Below, piece by piece: positions 28,926 through 36,847 of a stretch of DNA of 64,000 nt. The first letter of the stretch is position 1; each line of letters begins with the position of its first letter. Below the pieces are notes generated by a model. That model did not search any database. It saw nothing but the letters and a program-made list of their open reading frames with translations, and had not been told where the DNA came from. Source of the stretch: Lysobacterales bacterium (lineage in GTDB: Bacteria; Pseudomonadota; Gammaproteobacteria; Xanthomonadales; SZUA-5); NCBI GenBank assembly GCA_022844165.1, contig JALHMH010000011.1, positions 1-64,000 of the forward strand, in the 5' to 3' direction. The translations under genes were made by a program, and so were the position numbers.

Positions 28926-30821
28926 TCATTCGAAGCCGTCGATCAGCAGCGTATCGCTGGTTTCCACGGCGCCAATGTCGACACCAAACTCTTGCTCGCG
29001 CGGTGCGCCGCGCTGGTCGACGAAAGGCGGATTGCCGTACAGCGGCGCGAGCACAACCTGGCTGCCCGCATTGCGCAGCGGGCTGTTGGCCGCCGGCAAA
29101 AAGTTCGGCGTGCTGCCGCCGTTGTTCGCCAACGCTGCCAGCACCGGGTTGGTGTTGTTCAAGTTGCCGTTGCCGGCGGACAAGCTGCCGTCCAGGCTCA
29201 GGCTGGTGGCCGCCGACAGCGTGCCCTGATTCCTGATCTGGCCCTGCGGCGAGGTGTTCGCGACGACCGAATTGATCAGCACCAAATTCGCCCCGGTGCG
29301 ATTGTCGATCGCGAAGTTAGCAGCGCCAGGCGTGACGTTGTTGTTGCCGGCAATGGTGGTGTTGTACAGCCTCAGCGAGGCGTTGGCGCCTTGATTCACG
29401 ATCGTGCCGGGTGTGCCGACGATGGTGATTCCATTGCTGGCAATGGTCGTGTTGACCACTTCCATGCTGCCGGAATTGAGAATCGCCGGGCCCAGGGCGC
29501 TGCTGTTGTTGGTGATCGCGCTCTGGCGCAGACGCATGACGCCGCCAGCTTGATTGATGATGCCTCCGCCTGCGTTACTGCGCACATGCATGTCGACGGC
29601 GACCAGCGTGCCGGCGTTGATCAGCCCGCCGGCCTGGCCCTGCGCAATTGCGAGACCAGATAGTGATGCCGTCACGCCGCTCGCAACCTCAAGCACCGGC
29701 ACCGTTCCAGAGATTCGCCGCAGTTCCAGGCGGTCGGGGCCAGGGCCGCCAATATGTAAGTCGCTGATGAGCCTGAGCGTGCTCAGCAGCGACACCTGAC
29801 CCGACAGGCCGGGCGCAAAGCTGATCGTGCTGTTGGGCGCCAGCTCCGCCTGGCTAAGCGCCTGACGCAAGCTGCCGGTGCCGGCATCGTTCAAGTTTTC
29901 GACCACCAGATTTCGCGGCGGAAAAAACGGGAATCGCGTGCAGGCGTCCATACTGAGCGTGTAATTGGTGCTGGCCGAGTTCGGGTTGACCTCGTGCACA
30001 ACCACGTCCATCGCAGTGTTCGCACGTAGCGTAACCGACATGTTGACTGGAGCGTCTTCGAGGGCCGACGAGCCTGGGTCGGCCAGAAAATTGCTCTGCA
30101 AGTTACTCGGATCGAAACTGCTGTACGCGACCATGAAGTGCGTCTCATTGTCTACGCGCAGTTGAAGGGTTACGCATTGATCGAAGTCGCGTTGCGAGGA
30201 AATCCGGTAGCGGTGAAAGCGTCGTACGCCCGGTAGAGGATTGATCTCTGGCACTGTGCCGGGGTTCGCGCAGGTCGACGCCGGCGGTTGGCGATCCAGA
30301 CGCTGGTTCATGGTGCCGGCGCTGATCTGAATGTCCTGCACATTGGCGGGCAGGGCGCCGGTCGCCACATTGCCCGTAAAGCGCAGCGCACACGCAGGGC
30401 AGGTCAACGGCCAATCGCGCGTTTGCGCCTGCCCATTGATGCTGGTGCTGCAGCTGAGTGTGGCTTGCAGATTGGTCTGCGCTGATGTGCAACTCAAGGG
30501 AATACTCTGCGTGCCGCTGGTGCTGGAGATGCTTAAGTTCACGTCGCTCACGCTGCCGAAAGCGGCCGCACCGGTTCCGGTAATTGCGCAGTTCTGCACA
30601 CTGCCGGTGGTGCCTGGCAAAAAGCCCAACGGGCGAACCAACAGCGCGTCGTTGCGTATGGAGCCCACCTGCGAGCGCACGCCCGATTGGAACAGCAATT
30701 CGGGAAATCTGCCAACCGGATCGGGGACGAATTCCAGCGACGGCGTTTGTGCCGAAGCTGGCGCTGAAGTGAGCAAAGCAAGCCACAAGATGCTCGCTGC
30801 AAACAGAATGAAGCTGCGCAT
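28926..30821 (-). CDS. Secreted multidomain protein with beta-helix/choice-of-anchor Q domain, ending DTLLIDGFE
   Basis: Signal peptide; D.G.GSLRQA; LANNGG.T...P..NSP...AG...DQRG.PR....DIGAVE. Confidence 0.85.
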   Translation of the reverse strand: MRSFILFAASILWLALLTSAPASAQTPSLEFVPDPVGRFPELLFQSGVRSQVGSIRNDALLVRPLGFLPGTTGSVQNCAITGTGAAAFGSVSDVNLSISSTSGTQSIPLSCTSAQTNLQATLSCSTSINGQAQTRDWPLTCPACALRFTGNVATGALPANVQDIQISAGTMNQRLDRQPPASTCANPGTVPEINPLPGVRRFHRYRISSQRDFDQCVTLQLRVDNETHFMVAYSSFDPSNLQSNFLADPGSSALEDAPVNMSVTLRANTAMDVVVHEVNPNSASTNYTLSMDACTRFPFFPPRNLVVENLNDAGTGSLRQALSQAELAPNSTISFAPGLSGQVSLLSTLRLISDLHIGGPGPDRLELRRISGTVPVLEVASGVTASLSGLAIAQGQAGGLINAGTLVAVDMHVRSNAGGGIINQAGGVMRLRQSAITNNSSALGPAILNSGSMEVVNTTIASNGITIVGTPGTIVNQGANASLRLYNTTIAGNNNVTPGAANFAIDNRTGANLVLINSVVANTSPQGQIRNQGTLSAATSLSLDGSLSAGNGNLNNTNPVLAALANNGGSTPNFLPAANSPLRNAGSQVVLAPLYGNPPFVDQRGAPREQEFGVDIGAVETSDTLLIDGFE

Positions 30822-31117
30822 AGTGCCGTTCCAGAAGTTCGAATACCTCGTCTATCGACGAAACGGGACCAGAACTGCCAGATCTATGCAGGCGCCGGCG
30901 CGCGTCACCAGTGCGGCGCCGTGGCCAGCGAAAACGAGCGTGGCGATTTCTGCACAAGAGGTTGATTCAGTCGCTGAGCACGGCCCGGACCTGCGCGGTA
31001 AATCGCTGGCAGCGCCGGGATTGCGCTGCACCATTGCGATATCCGCAGACGCAGCGCCGGCTCAGATACTCGCGGCGCGATGGCCGATCGATGGCGAACC
31101 GGTGCGCGTAGCGAATC

Positions 31118-31924
31118 TCAGTCGATCCGGCCCAGCGCTCTTGCCAATCGCTCGCTGCCCTGGATAAGCGAATAGCGCGCTTCTTCCGCAACCTCGAACG
31201 ACGGCGCAAGTTCTGCGAGTTGCTTCAAGTCCGTCTCAAGGCGCTCGACCAATGGCAAAGCCTGTTCCAAGATTTCAGCGGACCTAGGCGTGCCGAGCCT
31301 GACGATGCCTAACTCGGCGTTGCCGTCGCGCAGGGCCGCCAGCGACCGGCTCAGCACGGCGATATCGCGTGCCGACCGATCAAGCAATGTGTAGGTCTCT
31401 AAGCCCGCGTGGGGCAGCATCGCGGCGGCCGCGCCCAGGCGCTCCGCCCAGACCAACAGCCGCGTAATGATGTAGAGCTGTTTTCCGTCCAGATTCGCTT
31501 CGACCGCGTCGCGCGCCAGGTCGTCGATCAGCATCTCAAGCGGCTTTGTCTGGGATGGGATCTGCCGGCTGGCATCTAGTGCCCGCGTGCGAGCTTTGGC
31601 GGCTTGCCCGAAGTCCGCGATTGCCGGTTCCAAGGCCGCGATTTCACGACGAAGTTCCCTGAGCGCCGCTGCGGGCAGACACGAGCTGCCCTGGCTTTCG
31701 AGCGCCACTTGCAATGCACCCACGCTGCGTCCGATCGCCGCACTGTCGGCGGCTTGCGCCAGTGCGCCGATGCTCGCGTACGCAGCATTCTGCACAGCGC
31801 CGCAGACTCGTCTGTCCGAGGCGCCTTCCGATGGGGCCTTTTCGGTCAAGGCAGGGTTGGACAACGCGATACCGGCCAGAACCAAACAGGCTAGGAAAGA
31901 GGCGCGAGTGAAAGCTTTTTTCAT
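31118..31924 (-). CDS. Secreted helical protein resembling the PilJ periplasmic sensor domain, with no signalling domains
   Basis: Signal peptide; AERL...RD....SRSL.AL.DGNAELGI resembles recalled PilJ AERI...RDA..FGRVL.GM..GNAAM.I. Confidence 0.6.
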   Translation of the reverse strand: MKKAFTRASFLACLVLAGIALSNPALTEKAPSEGASDRRVCGAVQNAAYASIGALAQAADSAAIGRSVGALQVALESQGSSCLPAAALRELRREIAALEPAIADFGQAAKARTRALDASRQIPSQTKPLEMLIDDLARDAVEANLDGKQLYIITRLLVWAERLGAAAAMLPHAGLETYTLLDRSARDIAVLSRSLAALRDGNAELGIVRLGTPRSAEILEQALPLVERLETDLKQLAELAPSFEVAEEARYSLIQGSERLARALGRID

Positions 31925-32061
31925 GAAAATGCTCCGGCGTAGAGGGCAAAGCGGAGAATGCGGCGGCGAGACGAAAACGACCACTGTGCCGTTGCCCGGT
32001 GTGGGGGGATGGTTCGCCGTCCTATCGTGCTGTGGCGACACCGATTGCGCTCCTCGGCCGG

Positions 32062-32166
32062 TGCGAGGGTGGTCTTGCCACACTGGCGAGGGCCCAGCAG
32101 CGCGACCACCGGTGCGCGTGATAAGGCGATGTCCAAGTTCTGCTGCGCTCGCGGTCGTTTTAGCAT
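32062..32166 (-). pseudogene. 5' remnant of an AAA_14/DUF4143-type ATPase
   Basis: MLKR...ALSRAPVVALLGPRQCGKTTLA (Walker A); similarity is lost after ~35 aa. Confidence 0.75.
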
Positions 32167-32179
32167 GAATAATCCAGGA

Positions 32180-32204
32180 AATTACGCAACTCAGTTGCGT
32201 AATT
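32180..32204. promoter_or_regulatory. Perfect 12-1-12 palindrome, putative operator
   Basis: AATTACGCAACT-C-AGTTGCGTAATT, 13 bp upstream of the ATPase remnant start. Confidence 0.6.
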
Positions 32205-32419
32205 ACATGGTTGCATGGCGGTCAAGCCAAATGCGCTGGGCGGTTCGTCTGTCTGAGACACTCAAGGCTCGCAGCTTCTGCCGGGAGCTTGTCAGTGGTA
32301 TGCGAGTCAGTTCCCTCTCTGGTTCATTCCGTTGCGCTGGAACGTGTGGTGCCGGTGCCCTTCTCGGTGCATGGTTCACCCGACTTGCGCACCCGCCGCC
32401 TGCGGGCGATGCTGGTGGG

Positions 32420-32971
32420 ATGGCGACTCCGCAATCGCTCACGCAAATGTTGAACGCCTGGCGCAACGGCGATGCACAGGCGTCGCAGCACTTTGCGCCG
32501 CAAATTTATGCCGAGTTGCGTGCGTTGGCGGCTCGGCAGGTGCGCAAGGCCGGCGCGCGGTCAGAGACGTTGCAGCCGACGGCCTTGGTCAACGAAGCGT
32601 GGCTCAAGCTCGGAGAGGGCCACGGACCGATCACGGACCGCGCGCATTTTTTCGCCTTGGCGGCGCTGACGATGCGCGGCATCCTGGTCGATCGCGCGCG
32701 AGCGTCGATGCGTGTGAAACATGGCGGCGACCGGCAGCGCGCAGCGCTCGACGAGGCCGAGCTGCCGGCGGACGACGAAGAGCTGCTGCTGTTGGACAAC
32801 GCGCTGGACCAGCTGGCTGCTGTCGATCCGCGTTCGGCGCAGGTGATCGAGTTGCATTATTTCGGTGGCCTTGAACGCGATGCAATTGCCGAGCTGTTAT
32901 CGCTGTCGGTACGCAGCGTTGATCGTTCGCTGAAGTTCGGCCGCGCGTGGCTGGCGCGCGCACTGGCGTAG
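32420..32971 (+). CDS. ECF sigma factor, Ser/Thr-kinase-associated type (ECF43/TIGR02999-like)
   Basis: IYAELR.LA, TLQPTALVNEAWLKL, DRAHFFALAA..MR.ILVD.AR, ELHYFGGL, RAWL. Confidence 0.92.
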   Translation: MATPQSLTQMLNAWRNGDAQASQHFAPQIYAELRALAARQVRKAGARSETLQPTALVNEAWLKLGEGHGPITDRAHFFALAALTMRGILVDRARASMRVKHGGDRQRAALDEAELPADDEELLLLDNALDQLAAVDPRSAQVIELHYFGGLERDAIAELLSLSVRSVDRSLKFGRAWLARALA

Positions 32972-33068
32972 GGTGCTCCTGAGGACCACGCAGATCGTTC
33001 CCCAGGAAGCGGCGTCTGCCGATTCGGATCATCCCTAAGGATCACTGAGTCGCCCGCTACTCGGGGAA

Positions 33069-33497
33069 TCAATCGATTGATGCATTCCCTGACAGCGGAT
33101 GAAAGCTGTCGTCCATCGGAAACTCAGCGCGGCTCGGCATTTGCGCGATCGCCATGCGATTCGGCGCTTTCGGGGTGGAATCGTCAAATGCGGCGTTGGC
33201 CGCGATCTGCGCGGTCTTGTGCCCAATCCGGCATAGCTGAGTGATGTCGTAGAAGGAGGTGTACTTCGTCCAACGGGCGTTGCCCGTCTTTGCTGTCGAG
33301 GCGATGCCTTTGCGTCCTGGGCCTGGGCCCGGAAACAGCGGTACCCATAGTGCCTCCGTGGCGCTCGAGTCGATGCACACAAAGTACAGCTGACGTGGCC
33401 AGGGAATCTGATCGTCGCCGGTGTACTGTGCGCCGTTTTTGGCCAGCGCCAATGGGTCCAGGCGCAGAACCAGCCCAGGAGCGTGAACATGCGGCAT
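33069..33497 (-). CDS. Hypothetical protein
   Basis: 142-aa ORF with coherent codon use; no family recognised. Confidence 0.55.
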   Translation of the reverse strand: MPHVHAPGLVLRLDPLALAKNGAQYTGDDQIPWPRQLYFVCIDSSATEALWVPLFPGPGPGRKGIASTAKTGNARWTKYTSFYDITQLCRIGHKTAQIAANAAFDDSTPKAPNRMAIAQMPSRAEFPMDDSFHPLSGNASID

Positions 33498-33731
33498 GAT
33501 GTTTCCTGAGACGGCCAGTGTGGCCCGGTGCTGGAGCGTAGCAGGTCTGGCGAGGCTTCGCCCCGGACTGCTGAGCATGTTTGGCCTGGTTCGCATCCGC
33601 CGCGCGCCCGGCGTGGCATGTCATGAACAATGGCCGACCACAACGTCAACTGACGTTACTAAATACGGTTTTGATCTCGAATCGATCTGCGGTGATAGCT
33701 TCCGCGACCCCTGGGATTTTGTGAGATTCTC

Positions 33732-34205
33732 ATGTCCGAATCGGTTGTCATGCGCTTTCACTACACCGTTGCCGAAGTCGGTCAGGATGTGATCGAAGAT
33801 TCGCGAAATGCTGAACCGCTCTCGGTTTTAGTTGGTGCCGGCTCGATTCTCCCTGGGCTTGATCGTGCGCTGGTCGGCAAGAGCGTCGGCGATCATGTCA
33901 GTGTCGTTCTGCCAGCGGCCGAAGCTTACGGAGAGCACAACCCGGCGCTCGTTCAGCGAATCAGCAAGAAGCATGTGCCTGCCGCGGCGCACAAGCCCGG
34001 GGCGACGGCAACGCTGCAAACGCAGGGCGGCCCGCGAGTCGTGACCGTGCTCAAAGTTGGCCTGTCCGTGCTGGATGTTGACTTTAATCACCCGCTCGTG
34101 GGCAAGGACTTGAGCTTCGAAATCGATGTCCTTGAGACGCGCCCGGCGACCGCGGAGGAGGTTCTCCACGGTCATGCGCACGGCGAGGGTGGCGTAAATC
34201 ACTAA
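33732..34205 (+). CDS. slyD: FKBP-type peptidyl-prolyl isomerase
   Basis: A.EAYG, VDFNHPL.GK.L.F, C-terminal HGHAHGEGG..H. Confidence 0.92.
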   Translation: MSESVVMRFHYTVAEVGQDVIEDSRNAEPLSVLVGAGSILPGLDRALVGKSVGDHVSVVLPAAEAYGEHNPALVQRISKKHVPAAAHKPGATATLQTQGGPRVVTVLKVGLSVLDVDFNHPLVGKDLSFEIDVLETRPATAEEVLHGHAHGEGGVNH

Positions 34206-34357
34206 CGAGGCTTCGCCTCAGTCCGCCGAGCATTGTTGGCTTCGCAGGACTCCGTACTTGCCACAACCCCATTGAGCGCTGCGCGAATTTCCGGCCCGGC
34301 GGCACAGCCGCCGGTCGTTCGGCCCGGTACACGCCTAACGAGGCTTCGGCTCAGACC
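34202..34357 (-). mobile_element. Partial copy C of the dispersed element (34202-34285) plus a duplicated terminus (34335-34357)
   Basis: Reverse complement matches the right half of 49641-49822; CTAACGAGGCTTCG occurs twice. Confidence 0.75.
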
Positions 34358-34369
34358 ACAGAGCTGATG

Positions 34370-36664
34370 TTACCTGCGCTCAATCGAAATCCGGCGTTCG
34401 GCGCTTGAGCCGTGATCGTCAACGACGCGCAACAGGAACTCGCCGTCGCGTCTCGGCGTCCACGGTAGCGATTCGCCAGGCGCTGTTGTGCCTAAGAAGT
34501 TGCCGCCGTCGAACCAAAACAAGCGCTGCGCTGTTGCGTCTGCGTCGGCACGCAGCGTCAGCGCGTCGGATCCGAGTGTGACGCGATACGTGGTAGCGCG
34601 AAGCGGTGACGTGATCGTCGGCGCGCGGCTGGCCATCGTGCAGTCGGCGCCGGATGGTGGCAGTCGTTTTGGCAGTCCGGCCAGCTGATACACGCGGCGC
34701 AATTCGCTCGGCCAAAACTCGAAGATCTCGTAGCGTTTGGCGAGGCCGGCATCGCATGTGACATTGTTCTCCGCGTCGAAACCGACTTGGCGGTGCACCG
34801 TCGAAATGCGAATCGGTGATACGCCGGGAATGAACCAGGTACTGCTGCGCTGTGGGCAGTGGACATTCGGCAACTCGCCAGAGGCGCTACACACTTCGAT
34901 TCGCGTTACGTTCAACGGCCAGCGCCTTGGCGGTTCGCTTAAATCGACCCCCGAGGCCGAGAGCGAATCGACGATCGAGAAAAACAACGGTGCTGCCGCT
35001 TCGACCCCGATCAGTGCAGGATTGCTCTTGCCGTCGAAATGGCCGAGCCACACGATCAGTACGTAGGGGCCTGCGATGCCAGCCGTCCAGGCATCGCGGA
35101 AACCCCAACTTGTGCCCGTTTTCCAGGCGACGCCGCGGTGAGTCGCATGATCTGGTCGCGGCGCGTTCGCCAGAATGTCGCGCACAATGAACGCCGCTTC
35201 GGCGCTCACCAATTGCCTGCCTGCGGAGGCTGGCCCGATACCGAAGTTCAATGCACGCAGCTTGCCATCGGCTGAGAGTAGAGCGTAAAGGCGCGCCAAT
35301 TCCTCCATCGTAACCTCGCCGCCGCCGAGGGCGAGAGCGAGGCCGTAATGCTGGGCACTTGCCAATTGCGAAATGTCCGATTGCCTCAGGAACTCGTAAA
35401 AATCCGGCGCGCGCAACTGACCGGCTACCGCAACCGCCGGTACGTTTCGCGAACGCGTCAGCGCATCGCGTGCGGTGATCGGCCCAAGAAAGGTGCCATC
35501 GAAGTTCTCCGGCGAGAACGGCCCGAATGCGCTCGGCACGTCGCGCAGAATCGATGCCGGGTGCAGTACGCCCTGGTCGATCGCGAGCGCATAGATGAAC
35601 GGTTTCAGGGTCGATCCGGGCGAGCGTTTTGCTCCAGTGCCGTTGACCTGGCCGGCAATCGCAGCGTTGAAGAAGTCGGCTGATCCGACGAGCGCACGTA
35701 CGCCCATGTCGCGCGTGTCCAGCAGCATCGCTGCGGCATTGTTCAGCCCGCGTGCCTTTGCCCGCGTCAGCGTGTCCGCGATGCGTTCTTCGATCCGGGC
35801 CTGCAGAGTCAAATCCAGCGACGTCGTGATGGATGTCGATACGTCGCCGCGGCGCACGCGGTCGGCCAACGCGCGTTCGACGAAGTGCGGGGCGGCGAAC
35901 GGCAATTGCCTGACGCTACGCATTGGCAGCGGCAGCGCCATTAGCGCGGCATCGTCTGAGCCGCTGCGATAGTTGATCGCAAACCGCGCGAAAAGACGTC
36001 CGCGCGCAGCTGCAAGGTCTGCATTGATCGCTGCATCGGCTGTTTTGCCGCGACGCGAGGGCGCCTGCGGCAGTACAGCCAGCGTCAGAATTTGCGGCAA
36101 GTTCAAACGACTCGGTCGCTGGTCGAAGTAAATCAGGCTGGCAGCGCCCACGCCTTCGATATTGCCGCCGTATGGCGCCAGATTGAGGTAGGCCTCGAGA
36201 ATCTCGTCTTTGCTGTAGCGCCATTCGAGCCACAGCGCTGCGGCGATTTGTTGGAGCTTTCCAGGCACGCTGCGTGTGTCGAGTCGCTCCAGAAGTCGCG
36301 CAAGCTGCATCGTCAGGGTCGAAGCACCAAGCCGCGGTCCGCCGCCATAGGTGCTGATGGCTGCGCGTACCAGGCTCACGGGGTTGACGCCGGGGTGCCA
36401 GCGAAACCATGCGTCTTCATGCAACAGTACGGCGTCCACCAGTCGCGGATCGATCTCTTCGAGTGGCGTCCACACCCGATAGCGCTCATCGCTCGCTAAC
36501 GTCAGGCGCAGCAACTCGCCGTTGCTGTCGTAAACGGCCACCGAGCTGGGGGCATGACGCTTCAGAGGCGGCGCATCGACCGGAATCAGCGCCAGGAATA
36601 CGGTGAGCAGAGCCAAAGCGGCAGCGACGCGAAAGCACCTCATCGACCGAGAACATGTCTTCAT
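34370..36664 (-). CDS. pbpC: Penicillin-binding protein 1C
   Basis: Transglycosylase ED..F..H.G and GASTLTMQ; transpeptidase STLK, SRN, KTG; C-terminal BiPBP domain. Confidence 0.95.
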   Translation of the reverse strand: MKTCSRSMRCFRVAAALALLTVFLALIPVDAPPLKRHAPSSVAVYDSNGELLRLTLASDERYRVWTPLEEIDPRLVDAVLLHEDAWFRWHPGVNPVSLVRAAISTYGGGPRLGASTLTMQLARLLERLDTRSVPGKLQQIAAALWLEWRYSKDEILEAYLNLAPYGGNIEGVGAASLIYFDQRPSRLNLPQILTLAVLPQAPSRRGKTADAAINADLAAARGRLFARFAINYRSGSDDAALMALPLPMRSVRQLPFAAPHFVERALADRVRRGDVSTSITTSLDLTLQARIEERIADTLTRAKARGLNNAAAMLLDTRDMGVRALVGSADFFNAAIAGQVNGTGAKRSPGSTLKPFIYALAIDQGVLHPASILRDVPSAFGPFSPENFDGTFLGPITARDALTRSRNVPAVAVAGQLRAPDFYEFLRQSDISQLASAQHYGLALALGGGEVTMEELARLYALLSADGKLRALNFGIGPASAGRQLVSAEAAFIVRDILANAPRPDHATHRGVAWKTGTSWGFRDAWTAGIAGPYVLIVWLGHFDGKSNPALIGVEAAAPLFFSIVDSLSASGVDLSEPPRRWPLNVTRIEVCSASGELPNVHCPQRSSTWFIPGVSPIRISTVHRQVGFDAENNVTCDAGLAKRYEIFEFWPSELRRVYQLAGLPKRLPPSGADCTMASRAPTITSPLRATTYRVTLGSDALTLRADADATAQRLFWFDGGNFLGTTAPGESLPWTPRRDGEFLLRVVDDHGSSAERRISIERR

Positions 36665-36847
36665 TTGCGTAGGATCGAGTATCTCCACGTCGGATGCGCA
36701 AGCATGACGCGAGTGCCTTGGGCTTTCCCGCCTTTGGCCCGAACATGCCACGATGTGTCCTGCCGCCGTCGTCAGGTTTGCCTGACATCGCCATACCTGC
36801 GCCCTTAATCTTGGCGCATGATCGATGCTGTCGGCGGGAGGAATCGG

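Noticed and set aside
34202-34357. Direct repeats considered as a mini-CRISPR
   Set aside because: Only two imperfect units 133 bp apart, no cas genes, and explained by the dispersed element
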